Source of the DNA: Octopus bimaculoides
Lineage: Eukaryota
DNA: 64,000 nucleotides
Assembly: GCF_001194135.2 (NCBI RefSeq)
Contig: NC_068996.1
Location: forward strand, 7,388,900 to 7,452,899
Direction: 5' to 3'
In this document: positions 51,093-63,957 of the stretch, one piece after another
How the letters are laid out: the number at the start of each line of letters is the position of its first letter
How positions within the stretch are numbered: position 1 is the stretch's first letter
Notes under the pieces: model-generated
Databases searched by the model: none
What the model saw: the letters and a program-made list of their open reading frames with translations, nothing else
Told to the model about the DNA's origin: nothing
Position numbers and translations under genes: made by a program

Positions 51093-51529
51093 CTATGTAA
51101 AAGACCATCAGGAGGAGTGGCTTTGCTCATGAGTGATAAGCTTAATCCATTTCTTGGTTTAACACCAATGCCTGGCCTCTTGTTGCTTCTAACAAAATTC
51201 ATATTTTGGCAACCCTCACAAGGACCAATCCTTGTTGCAGTTTGATACCTTTTGTTCCTTAATGGCTGAGAGCTATGCTAGCAGAATGTACACTCCTGAT
51301 AGAACTTCCCATACTGGACGGGTCAAAGGACAGAAGCGATACTCTTGCCAGAGGTAAAGATGGGTGGATTGTATTCTTGAGCAAAACACTTCATTTTACA
51401 TTGGCCCTTTCAATTCAGATGTAAATGAGCAATCCTACAATGGACTGGCATCTTGTTCACGGGCAATGTGACCTTGTTCTAGGAAACAGCCAAGAGCCAA
51501 AGCAAAGTTGCCGACGGATCAATGACAAT

Positions 51530-51735
51530 TCAAAACCAACAAGACCTGAGAAAGGAAGGTCTTTCCTCCAAGAAATATATGAGCCCACAAGAGAAACAGA
51601 AGAGAGGGCAACCTAAAGCTGAGGTAGAGCTGAGAGAAAAAGCAGGGATCCAGTTGGAGAGAAACAGAAAAGACATCCCAAATTCAGGGACAATGGAGAA
51701 AAGTTGCTATTGGTCTGTGTATCACAGGGACCAGG
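51530..51735 (+). mobile_element. RTE-clade LINE ORF 3' end
   Basis: LRK...SPQEKQKRGQPK, then after a frameshift QGSSWRETEKTSQIQGQWRKVAIGLCITG. This resembles W.PQGKRKRGRPK...SW.E..K.AQ.R..WR..V.GLC.TG. Confidence 0.75.
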
Positions 51736-52548
51736 TCTCCAGTTTATGGTGAAAAACACGTAGCCTAGTGATAAGGGTGTTGCACTAATGATTGTAAGAT
51801 CATGGTTTCAATTCTTAGACAGGGTAATGCATTGTGTTCTTGAGAAAAACACTTCATTTCGTATTGCTCCTGTTGACTCATGCAAATGAGTAATTCTACA
51901 ATTGACTGGCACCTTGTTCATGGGAAATATGATGTTCATCACTTACACATGATGGAAACTGGGCAACCAGTCCTATGGACCTAAGGATTCAAGACACTAA
52001 TGCCCATATGTCGTCTGTAGATGATCTCCTCCCTGACAAAAAGGATCATCAATGTTTTTAATTTTTATTTTTTATTTTTATTATTTCTGAATTTCTTGGT
52101 TTTGTATTTTTAGCTTCAAATCCACAAACATGGCTATGTGTGGGACATTTGTGATTTTTTTTTTCTTCTAATACTCTTGGGAACAGGATCAATATACTAA
52201 AGTTCTCCATTGTTCTCCTTTATAAATATGTTGTTTTCTTTCATTAATAAAATCAATACAGTCTATATTGAAGAAATGTAAGGATTGTCTTGCCTTACTT
52301 AATATCTGTTCATAAATACACACATACACATTTTTTTTTCTTCTAAATATAGGTTTTTCTATTGAAAATGATCACTTCTGCTTTTCAACAATCCATTTAT
52401 CCCTTGCCACACTGCATTATATTTTTTTAGTGTTATTGTTTTATTGTTTGTTCATTTTTGTTTTTCCATTTTTGTTTCATTATTTTCTTCACCTTTTTTA
52501 TTGTATTTATATATTTATTTCTTTGTTATATACCCATGCGCACATACA

Positions 52549-52588
<40 letters not shown>

Positions 52589-53629
52589 GTATTGGGAAAG
52601 AGCATTGTTGATTGTATCAACTTCAGTCTATTACTGATACTTATTTTTAATCATCTTCTGGGGAATCAATGAAGTGTATGTACACATGTAATACATAAAG
52701 CCATATGTATATAAGCAGATATACATATATGCAAAATTACTCACATCTGTATGCATGTACATACATCTGAAAAACAACTTATAGAATGCTTCATGGAAAT
52801 ATAAGCAGTATGGCTGGTTTGATTATCAGAATGGATTAGATATTGACATAAAGAAAATAACAAATGATTCAATGAATAAACCAAAGCAGCTCTTCATTCA
52901 TTGTCTTTATACATGTCCACCTCATCTTTATTATTGTGAGGCATGCTCTCCTATAGTTTAGGGACTTTAGACATATGTCCACTTCCCATTTAAAAGAAAG
53001 CCTAAGACCAAGACATCTGGCTGTGGCTGAAGTATTAAATAGATCAACTGAGCTATATAAAAGTTATTTTGCTTACTGCTGTGTTTGTTTGTATGCATGC
53101 ATATTAAAGTCTGTTAGCCAATGTAATGTTAAGCCATTCATATTCTCTTGCAGCAATCTTCCGTTAGTGTAGGAAGGGGAATGTTATGTATTTATTTATG
53201 CAAAGAGGAAGAAAGATTAGATTAAGAAGGCTTTCAGTTATGCATGCAGCTAGCTTCAGGTTCACAAAGTGAACATTTGCAAGGCATCTATAACCCTTTG
53301 AAAGCATCCAACCTGACATATGCACAAGGTGGAAAGGTTCATACATTTACAAGATGATAACGCTTTATCAAAATTAATATAAAATTAATCATTAAAATTA
53401 GCCATACCAGCATACATACAGATATGCGTATTACACATGTATAACAAAATATTGTCCAACCACTTTGTCATTACCTGCCTAAATACCATGCACACACTAT
53501 TACCAAGTGCAAAATCTTTTCCAAAGGAGCTTCCCTTTGGACTCTCAACCAGCTTTTTCTCTCTCTCTCCCGTCTCTATATATGTGTCTGTATGTGTGTA
53601 TATATATATATATGGATTTTTTTCATATG

Positions 53630-54115
53630 ATCCTCTGATACTCCTGAACACATCAGCAATGATATTTCTTTGAGTCATGAGGTGTTTTGAATCTTTTTTA
53701 ATATCAGAATCCTCACCCAAGTAACCTACCTGGTGTTTACCAAACCCCACTTTGTGCTTAGTTAGCACTGCCCCAGGTGGCACTATTCCATCCAGAATTT
53801 GCACTTTATCATATACAGCCATCTTGAAGCAGCTTCTGCTGCTTCCACAGCCAGCCTGATGGTCTTCTGTCTACAGGCCCCCTGGGATGTCAAGCATATT
53901 GTAAGATTTGCTGAGGGGCTGACCTGCAAACCTTCTACACCCACTTCAATGGGATCATACCTTGCTTGTCCCCTACTGCTTTGGCAATAGATCCACCAAC
54001 TCAGCATATTTCCTTCTCTCTCATTTGCCTTGTTGATGTGATCCTCCCAGGGAATGGAGAGTTCTAACAGAACCACCTAACTGGATGCTACTGAGATCAG
54101 CACTATATCTATGTC
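53630..54115 (-). mobile_element. HERO-like non-LTR retrotransposon 3' end (restriction-like endonuclease and 3'UTR)
   Basis: DIVLISVASS*VVLLELSIPWEDHINKANER...PIEVG...AVEAAEAASRWLY resembles the HERO RPDIV...LLELTVPWE...PIEVG.RG...AE.ASRWLW signature. The 3'UTR ttgggtgagga.tctgat.tt.aaaga..c.aaacacc..atgac also resembles HERO 3'UTRs. Confidence 0.8.
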
Positions 54116-54332
54116 ATCTTTACAAAGATGGTTTGTCTCAGGCTGCATTATCCAATATATTTTCCCTCTTAAAGATGATGTATATGTATTCTGAAAAAGG
54201 TTTAATCACTATTTTTATCTGGTATGATATACACAACTCCCAGCCCTGAGTTACTTTTTGTAACTTTCTGCCAATTGACTCTCTCTTTCTCTTTCTCTCT
54301 TTCTCTCTCTCTCTCCCCTCTCTCTCTCTCCC

Positions 54333-54389
<57 letters not shown>

Positions 54390-56839
54390 TATTTCTTTTG
54401 TTTGTTCCACTAAACTTCCCTGTATTTTTGTGAGTGAGTGTGTGTGTATTAGATTATAATTGACAATCCTACTAAAGTACTTTGTTGACTAATATAACCA
54501 ACACATGATTGAAATTGTCACCATTCTGCTCTGTTCAGATGCATTCCCTACACTGCAATTACACATTCTGTTGCCCATATTCTAGTTTTAATAAAGTGAA
54601 TTTTCAGTTGTCTCCCTCTACCAGTTTTCAGCAGAATTTATCCAACTAAGCCAATGACTTCTTCCCTTGATTCCAAGTGTAATTTTAATTACTTCAAATT
54701 TTTTGGCTCTCTATATTTGGTTTTCATGCAGGAAGAACATGCTGTTGGATGATTTCCCTAGGCAGTATTCAGGATTGTAGTGAAATGTCAGTTTAATTTG
54801 GAAGTATGGGGACAGGCCATGAATTTAAGATATTTTTTTTTTAATTTTTCCATTGTTGGTTTTAGATTCATAATATTTGATCAAAGGTCTGTTAGTTTGT
54901 ACTTACCTTTTTGTAATTTATAGGATGGCTTACATTTAAGTCAGCATGTAGGGGTGACTATACCAAAACTGATGAATATTAAAAGATACAGCATGTATAT
55001 AAACATATAAATATATATGAACAGATACACACACATACTCGTGTGCACACTGGCTTCTAATGTTGAGATAACACAGAGAAAAAGCTAGCTGTAAGGTCTG
55101 AATCAAAATGAATAAATATAATAGTTTTAAGATATGGTAGTCTACTTAAAATGATCACATATTTTCTTCAATTCCATTTTTACTTGATTCTGAAAAGATT
55201 TTCCAGTAAGTCAACTACAAAAACTTTGTGATTAAATTTGAATAAATTCTATAAACCGATTTCTTTAAGTTCATCATAAATCAAAATAAATATATCAGTT
55301 AGAATAACGGTTTTTTTTGTTCTTATTCTTAAGGGATTTATTCAATAATGGAAGCTTTTGCTAGATTAATAAAATCATTATTTTGATTTGGTTGTATATC
55401 TAAGCTTTATAAGTATAAATTACCAAAAGAATCTGTAACAATAACTGTCACCAATGGCATAATTATTCTATAATGACTGAAGAATATATATTTGAAACTA
55501 CTATCAAAACTATAACAGCTGAAGAGACCTTCTCCCCTCCATTACAGACATAGCTTTGTCCGTCATACTTCCTTGTTATTCATGAATATTCCATAATTCT
55601 TAATGACCTCAGTCAATATTGTTTCTAAGGAGAATTAAACCAGCTACATCTGTCCTAAATATTCTACTTATTCTATGTTCAAACTGATCAGGTCAAGCCT
55701 CTCAAAGCTACAAGGTAATGCATGATTAAGTCAAAACAATGTGAGTAAATAAATATTACATTTATAGAGTAATCTGAATGCTAAAAGATTAAAACTCAGG
55801 TCTCTCGTGACCATGTGATTAGTAAGTTTGTATTGCAATCACTTAGTTCCTGCTTTGATCCCAAGCTGTGTGGCACCTTAGACAAGTGTCTTCTGTAGCC
55901 TCAGGCTGTAACTGAAGTTTACTTGATGGAAACCATACAGAAATGCATCAGTACATGTGTGAGTTTGAGTCTGAGTTTGTGTTTGCTGGAATTGAATTAG
56001 TTGCTCCTTTGATATAACCTAAACTGCATCTGGTAATAACACCCTGGTTGGGAGTTCTAGGATTTTGAGGAATGTGGAAGCACATTTTAGCCTTTGTTGT
56101 TCCTTGGTCTACTCTGACCCAGAATAGCATCAGCTGTCTGGGTCCCCGTCATGGGTTAGTTAGTATTTTAGGGCTTTCCTACCTATGCATGTGAAGACTG
56201 GATCTCATAGACTCTATGAAAGAAGCATTCATCCCTCAAAAGAGAGGAAGGTGGCTGCAGTAATGCATTGTGGTCAGCAGAAAACTAGATGAGGCAAATG
56301 AGACACCATGGTCATCTACTACATCTGTTTCCATCCCCAGTTTTCTTACCCCGGTCTTGTCACAGAATTGACGATGGTTACAGATGAGAGAGTGAGGTTG
56401 ATGTACCACTCTACTTCATTTTAAGCAAAGTCACTGCACAAGCCCTTAGTCTTCCTTAAAGAGGTCTAGGTGGTCCTTATCACTCAAGTGGATGAACATT
56501 TACAACATTAAATAATCAACTTGAGCTGATATAACTAAAATCCACCGATGCAGTATGCCAGCACACCTGCTATTCAATGACTGAAACCAGTAAAAGGGTA
56601 AAGGAGTATGCTAAAGTATGTTCTTCATGGTATTGTATATAGTCCATGCTTTTGTAAATTATCTTCCATTTGTTTGTCTTTACAATACATATGATACATT
56701 TGCTATGTATTATGTTTCTTCAGTTTTATTTCATGCACTCTTTTACACATTTCTTTTCATGGTAGCAAGGGTAGGATGGTAATTGTTGAAGCAACTGTTT
56801 GTTGTTATGGTTACTCTTCCTAAAAGCATATCACTGATC

Positions 56840-57175
56840 TTATAAACCAGAGAGAGCTTCAAAACAGTTGCTGGACATGCTAGAAATAGCAATCACATCT
56901 CTCTTGAATCACTCTTCTCTTCAAAGAAAAACAGGATGGATAAATTAGCTAATGCGATCTAGACCATACCACTAAATTTCAAGACAAAAAAGAAGAAACA
57001 AAACAGTTGTTGGACATGCTAGAAATAGCAGTTATATCACTTTTATTTTCAAAGAAAAACAGGGAATGGACAGATTGGCTAATGCAGTCTGGATCATATC
57101 ACTAAGTTTCAAACGAAAAAAATTGTCATGGTTGGAATTCCTTTGATCAAAGGTCTGCTTGATCGGGTCCAGCTT
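56840..57175 (-). repeat. Dispersed repeat family D with an internal tandem duplication of about 140 bp
   Basis: Two units start aaaacagttg.tggacatgctagaaatagca. Homologous to 4410-4530, 43725-43905 and 45555-45770 on the + strand (gacctatgatcaaag...gctatttctagca). Confidence 0.7.
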
Positions 57176-57289
57176 GTGTATTTTGTTGTCCAAGTCTATG
57201 ACATGCTGCTTCTGGTGTTAGTTGTACTGGTAAGGTTTGAACACACAACCATGCTGTCAATAGCCATTGTCTCATCATAATTTTATATA

Positions 57290-57600
57290 CAGGCATGGCT
57301 TTACAGCCACTCCACACCTTGAGCAAGTGTCTTCAACTATAGCTCTGTGATAACAAAGACATTGTGAGTGAATTTGGTTGATAGAAACTGTGTAGAAGCC
57401 CAAGTGTGTGTCTTTGTGTTTGTTCCCTACCACTGCTTGACAACTAATGTGGGTTTGTTTATGTTCTTGTTGTTCGGTAAAAAAATACCGATAGAATAAG
57501 TACCAGACTTAAAAAGTAAGTACTGATGTTGGTTTATTCAACTGAACTTTACAAAGCAATGCCTCAGATTGGTCGCAGTCCAGTGACTGAAACGAGTAAA
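57290..57600 (+). mobile_element. SINE family A, diverged
   Basis: ccttgagcaagtgtc block and tail present. Confidence 0.75.
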
Positions 57601-58779
57601 AAAGAAATGTGTGTGTGTGTATTCTTTTACATTAGCAGTGGCCCTGCCAAAATTTTAATCAATTTCATCGATCCACAGTATTTTGTCAGGCATTCATCTA
57701 CTGGACAAATTAATTAACTTTAATGTTGCCCATTGTACATGTATAATAATGGTAAATATTTGCAAGTAATTCATGTTAAAGATGGGTTGCTTTTTACCAG
57801 CAAACCTGATTATTCACTCCACTCTAAGAAGATCTAGATATTTTTTCTTTTCTTCTTTTTTACCTTATATTTGAAATAATCATGTTCTTAACGACTGCAT
57901 TTAATGTAGTTTATCCAAAGCAAATATGACAAGCTTAGATTTATTGTAAAAGTTCAGATTACTGTAAATATATATATATTATATATTAGTGTGTGTGTGG
58001 ATGTGTGTGTGTGTATATATATATATATGTATGCACATACTCACATGCATACACACGTGTACATATATCATCATCATCATCATCATTATCATCATCATTT
58101 TTTGTCTGCTTTTGCAGATTGGCATGTATGATATGGATCTACTCCAACACTACTTCTGAGAAACTACCAATCTTTATTCTTTTGCTAGTTTCCTAGTTTC
58201 ATTCATTAGATGGTGACCATGCTGAAACAGCCCCTTCAAAGGCTTTGTGTGTCATTGATCATAAGGACTTTGTACTTGTATTACTAATCTCTGTTCATCA
58301 AATTGTCAGGTTACCTTTTGATTTAAAAGGATGTAAATGGATGCAAGGTTTTACGCTATGCACACAGACACCCAAATTTATATGGTTAAGAAGCAAGCAC
58401 CTTAACCACATGTCTTTACCAGTACCTACATAAATTATTTTAGTTTTTATTTGTGGAATCTCCCAGCTCTGGTCAAATCATCCAACCCATGCCAGCACGG
58501 AAAACGGACACTAAAGGAGGAGGATGATATCAGCTGCCACATGTACCACTGGTCATTCATCCCAAACTTCACACAACCACCATATGCTCCATCAGTGGTA
58601 CATTTTCTTAATTTGAGAAACATTCTATTCTGTATCTGTGACATGACTTCAAGTTTAATTATGAAATATTATAAGAATACAAAAGATTATGTAGTGTGAC
58701 TGCATGAAATATATGGCATTACTGGTGAGTTCCAGTAACAAGCCATGGTGGTTAACAGGTTAATTTTATTTGATACCTT

Positions 58780-59140
58780 TTATCTTTTATTTGTTTGAAT
58801 TATTTGGATGTGGCCATGCTGGAGCACTGCCTTGAAGCATTTTTAGTTGAATGAATTGATCCCAGTACTTTTTTTGTTTTGCTTTGCTTTTTAAACCTGA
58901 TATTTATTCTATAAATCTCTTTGTTACAGGGATGTAAAGACACAAACACCTGTTCTCAAGCAGTGGTGGGGAATGTACACAGATACAAAGATGTGCACAC
59001 ATACACACACACACACTTCTTTCTGTTTCCACCTGCCAAATTCACTCACAAGGCTTTGGTCAGCCTGAGGCTATTGTAAACACTTGTCCAAGGTTCCACA
59101 AAGTGGGACTGAACTCAGAACCATGTCAAGCCTGTGCCTA
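58780..59140 (-). mobile_element. SINE family A, diverged
   Basis: Reverse-complement match to family A. Confidence 0.75.
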
Positions 59141-59641
59141 GTATATATAAAAATCATAATTTCAATGGGAAACTAACCAACCTACCCACCATCAAAAATA
59201 TTCATTCTGGGTTTTTGTTTGTTTTTACTGGTGGACTGGAATAGCTTGGTGACCTTCAATGCCACTGGTTAGGTGGAGAAAGCTAGATAGAAAGGCATTT
59301 TTAGTACTGGAATGGTATCTATTCAGTGGAAATAACAGAATAAATGTTCCTCTTGACAACAAAAAACTCATCCCCACTTTGTCATTTATTCTGTATTCTT
59401 TATTTTTCTCCTACAACACATTAACACTCGTCTACAACATACTAACTCTAATACAGCATACTGTATAAATTCACTGAATATAGAAAACAAAATACAGAAT
59501 AAAATGGTACAGTTTTATTTATTCTTTCATAAATACAGAATGGGAATATTTAGTCTTTTCTTGCATTAGTAAATTAGTTTGATTGGCAATCCAAGTAGTA
59601 TGATTGATACAAAAGGGTTTAAACGTTGATATCAAAACCAT

Positions 59642-60015
59642 TACTCTTTTACTTGTTTCAGTCATTTGACTGCAGCCATGCTGGAGCACTGCCTTTAGTC
59701 GAGCAAATCAACTCCGTACTTATTCTATCGGGCTCTTTTGCCAAACTGCTAAGTGACGGGGACATAAACACACCAGCATTGGTTGTCAAGCGATGCTGGT
59801 GGGGACAAACACAGACACACAAACATATACACACACTCATATATATATATATATATACAACGGGCTACTTTCAGTTTCCGTCTACCAAATCCATTCACAA
59901 GGCTTTGGTCAGCCTGAGCCTATAGTAGAAGACACTTGCCCAAGATGCCACGCAGTGGGACTGAACCTGGAACCATGTGGTTGGTAAGCAAGCTACTTAC
60001 CACACAGCCACTCCT
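59642..60015 (-). mobile_element. SINE family A, full-length
   Basis: Reverse-complement match ending cacacagccactcct. Confidence 0.9.
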
Positions 60016-60019
60016 AAAA

Positions 60020-60712
60020 TATTCTGAATACTGCATTCAGTAATGAGTGTTGATGGACTACATATACATTTGTGCTTACATGCAAGTAATCCTATATGTG
60101 TACTTGAGAGTGTATACAATTGTGTGTGTATAATGAATGTGGGTATCTGCAAGTGAGTCTGCGTAGAATGTTTGTGTGAATAAGGACATTTCATCTGTTA
60201 TAGTATAATTCCTGGTGTTTGTTGATTTATGTATGATGTATCAATCTTGATTAATACATGTTTCAATTAAAAACAAACAGGAAAATGATGAATTACAGTT
60301 TTTCTGATCACAATATAGTATATTCATTTGATAACATGTGTAGAGTGCATGGTATCACTGTATATAAAATTTATACATGAATTAACCTGCACTAGTATTC
60401 AAACTACAGGGTGTCCACAAAGTTTGTGTACATGGGGTTTAACACATACTTTAAGAAATTATTATTACTTATATTTAATTGTTTGTTATGATTTTATTTA
60501 CTCCGTGTACCCAGACTTTGTGGATACCCTGTATAACAGGTGAAGAGACTCTATTCACACGAACATCCCATGCAGACTCACTTGCATATACCCACATTCA
60601 TTATATACACACTATCATATGCAGACTCAAGAACACATGCAATCTTGCTTGCTTGTACAGACAAATGCATATGTAATTCATCAGTACTTCTTATAGAATG
60701 CAGTGTTCAATT
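60020..60712. repeat. Long inverted repeat (arms of about 180 bp)
   Basis: 60020-60200 is the reverse complement of 60534-60712, roughly 75-80% identical by eye. The ORF track shows the same peptide on opposite strands (59997-60194 minus, 60540-60791 plus). Confidence 0.85.
60405..60533. mobile_element. Tc1/mariner-type MITE
   Basis: TA-cagggtgtccacaaagtttgtgtaca ... tgtacccagactttgtggataccctg-TA. TIRs of about 26 bp with 3 mismatches, and a TA target duplication. Confidence 0.85.
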
Positions 60713-61209
60713 CTGTATCAGAACATTCAGTAGAATGCTTTCATACAAATATTTATACAATAATCTGTACTTCAAGAAGCATCATTTGTAAAATGAGCCT
60801 GTTTCTATGGATGATAATTTGCATATAAGAGGGTTGTCAGCTGTGAAGGCTATCTGGCTCTGTCAGTGAAAGCTGCTGGATATAAGGGCCATTATCTGTG
60901 AAAGCTGTAATAATCATTGTGTTATTGCTATTCATAGTTAAACATGCCTCTTGCAACAGATGCATACTGATTACTGAAGAGATTGAATTAATTTAATTGG
61001 AAAATGAATCTAATGTCAGAAGTTTATAATGGTATAAATGATAGATCAATCTTTTTGGGAGAGATCACAACACTTACATTATCATACACTACGGCAACCA
61101 TACAATACATACACACAATGACCAAATTGTTCCATTCATTTTTTTTTTGCCTTTTTGCCTTCTGAAAGCTCACACCTAATGACAAGGTGTGCAACCATCT
61201 TTGAATGTA

Positions 61210-61575
61210 TAAGTAATCTAGATAAGTTTGCTTCTCAAGCAAATGGCTCTAGGTTCAGTCCCATTGCACGGCACTTTGTGTCTGTCTGTAACATCCCCAC
61301 CCTCGTCTACCAAATCCACTTACAAAGCCTTGCGAATGGATTTGGTAGATGAAAGCTAAAAGAAGCTTACCATACATGTGTGTTTCTCCCCTACCACCAC
61401 TTAACAATCAGTGCTGATTTGTTTATGTATCTGTAACTTAGCAGTTCAGCAAAACACCAACAGAATAAATACCAAGCTTTAAAAAATAAGTAATAGGGCT
61501 AATTTGTTTGACTAAAATCCTTCATTGCAGTGCCCCAGCATGGCCACAGTCTAATGACTGAAACAAGTAAAAGAT
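61210..61575 (+). mobile_element. SINE family A, diverged
   Basis: Head, body and tail recognisable. Further family-A fragments lie at about 20-180, 950-1100, 9400-9580, 13760-13820, 22200-22370, 25325-25520, 25855-25975, 31925-32100, 48350-48500, 50625-50840, 55800-55990 and 58240-58430. Confidence 0.75.
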
Positions 61576-61615
61576 ACATCCTGCCTACTCTTTCTTTTGT
61601 TTGTATATCCAACCA

Positions 61616-61646
<31 letters not shown>

Positions 61647-62258
61647 NNNNNNNNNNNNNNNNNNNNNNNNNNNNNNNNNNNNNNNNNNNNNNNNNNNNNN
61701 NNNNNNNNNNNNNNNNNNNNNNNNNNNNNNNNNNNNNNNNNNNNNNNNNNNNNNNNNNNNNNNNNNNNNNNNNNNNNNNNNNNNNNNNNNNNNNNNNNNN
61801 NNNNNNNNNNNNNNNNNNNNNNNNNNNNNNNNNNNNNNNNNNNNNNNNNNNNNNNNNNNNNNNNNNNNNNNNNNNNNNNNNNNNNNNNNNNNNNNNNNNN
61901 NNNNNNNNNNNNNNNNNNNNNNNNNNNNNNNNNNNNNNNNNNNNNNNNNNNNNNNNNNNNNNNNNNNNNNNNNNNNNNNNNNNNNNNNNNNNNNNNNNNN
62001 NNNNNNNNNNNNNNNNNNNNNNNNNNNNNNNNNNNNNNNNNNNNNNNNNNNNNNNNNNNNNNNNNNNNNNNNNNNNNNNNNNNNNNNNNNNNNNNNNNNN
62101 NNNNNNNNNNNNNNNNNNNNNNNNNNNNNNNNNNNNNNNNNNNNNNNNNNNNNNNNNNNNNNNNNNNNNNNNNNNNNNNNNNNNNNNNNNNNNNNNNNNN
62201 NNNNNNNNNNNNNNNNNNNNNNNNNNNNNNNNNNNNNNNNNNNNNNNNNNNNNNNNNN

Positions 62259-62291
<33 letters not shown>

Positions 62292-63320
62292 GATAGATAG
62301 ATAGATAGATAGATAGATCATGTGATTGACCAGGCTATTGGATGTTGTTATACATTGCTGGTCACAATGTCCTTTGTATCCTTTTAGCTTTTTTTTGAAT
62401 GATGCCATCATGCTAGTTAGATGAGCAGACAAACATTCCCGCTGATTGGAAGGCTAATCCATTACAGGGTTACCCATTTACAGCTGAGTAGACTGGACTA
62501 CCATAAAATAATACATTTTACTCAAAGACACAGCATGCTTCTTGGTCTGAAAATTGACCCCGTGATCTAGCAACCATGAATGTAACACTTCTTAAATTTT
62601 TAATTTATTTTTGTAGCAGTTCTTCAGTGATGAGGTAGACTATACTCTAACATGTTTGAGTTATTTTGTTTGTTTGTTTTTTTTTTTGTTTTGTAAATAT
62701 TTTCAAGAATAATTAATAGTATCAAATATGAAGTAAGTTAATTTCTCATGAAATGAACAATAACTTTAAAATACGTCCTCCTAATGCCATTATGAAAACA
62801 CTGGAAAAGGTCCTTTTTTTTCCGGGGGGGNNNNNNNNNNNNNNNNNNNNNNGGGGGGGGTATAGAAGATAAAATCCAATATTACAAGAGAACTCCCTTT
62901 ATATATATATGCATGCCAACACACATGCATATATACAATCATGTCATCACCATTTCAATAAATAATTATTTAAATCTCGTATGTGTCTTTCTTTTAATAA
63001 TGGTTTCAAATCTTGACATAATCCCTGCACATTCAGGGAAAGGGGTTAGTTGATTACATCAACCCCAGTCTTCATAAGTACCAGATGAGGACTGAAGCCA
63101 ATGTAATTGACTAACAACTCCCTCTAATTTTCTGGCCCTCTCACTCTCAGCCCCTGGCACAGTTTTATCATCCACCGGTTTCAGCAATACCTTCTGACCC
63201 TTGATTTTCATGGTCTCAATTTACGAAGTCATTCACGAAACCAAGGACCAACATTCTGTGTTTATATAAGTTTGAATGCATTTAATATAATATTTGTATG
63301 TTTTAGACATAGCTAGCTAG

Positions 63321-63370
<50 letters not shown>

Positions 63371-63682
63371 AATACAGATATTATACACATATATAAACAT
63401 ATATACATGAATGTATTCATTTAAGTTTATCAAGCAAAATGAATTTTTATGCTCTTCAAAAGTATTTTACCATTAAAAATTATCGGCCAATTACCATATA
63501 GGTCTGTTTCTTTAAAAATATTGTGTGTACATTCTCACTCTATATTTCATTTTTCAATAACTATCTTAAAAAAAAAACTCAACATAACTCCTGAAATTTC
63601 AGCTTCCAATAAAAACATATATATATATATATTTACTATAATAAGGTAGTTAGAATGTTAGATGATTATATATATATTTTGA

Positions 63683-63771
63683 TTTATTTACATCTTATTT
63701 ACATTTGTAGTGCTTTCTTCCATTATCTGATAACAGAAGAAAGTGCTAAAAATGTAAATAAGATGTAAATA

Positions 63772-63773
<2 letters not shown>
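63683..63773. repeat. Hairpin with arms of about 38 bp
   Basis: tttatttacatcttatttacatttgtagtgctttcttc pairs with gaagaaagtgctaaaaatgtaaataagatgtaaataaa (3 non-Watson-Crick positions, two of them G-U). The loop contains ttatc-t-gataa. Confidence 0.9.
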
Positions 63774-63812
<39 letters not shown>

Positions 63813-63913
63813 TCAGTAAATAGTGGGGTTGTGTTAACCGCATGTGGAGAAATAATAGGAAAATGAAAAAAAGCCAGAATGCTGAACTGGAAGCATAATT
63901 TAATAAAGATTTT

Positions 63914-63957
63914 TTTCTAACCGGTTTTCATTGCGAAGGAGCAAATTATCAAGAAGA
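63914..63957 (-). ncRNA. Degenerate hammerhead-like motif with a U3-A8 core
   Basis: ttcttc-TTGATAA-t-ttgc(tccttc)gcaa-t-GAAA-A-CCGG-T-T-A-gaaaaa. Stem I ttc/gaa, 4-bp stem II with a T/T mismatch at its base, palindromic AACCGGTT helix III. Confidence 0.35.

Noticed and set aside
58447-58699. ORFs with a Tc1-like GG..V.FG flavour
   Set aside because: No convincing catalytic motif, and part of the ORF is a SINE tail.
59385-59503. 13-bp inverted repeat with a spacer of about 90 bp
   Set aside because: Short and AT-rich, with no TSD or second copy seen. Chance is plausible.
62820-62861. Poly-G run as a G-quadruplex
   Set aside because: It is interrupted by an N gap, so its true length and sequence are unknown.
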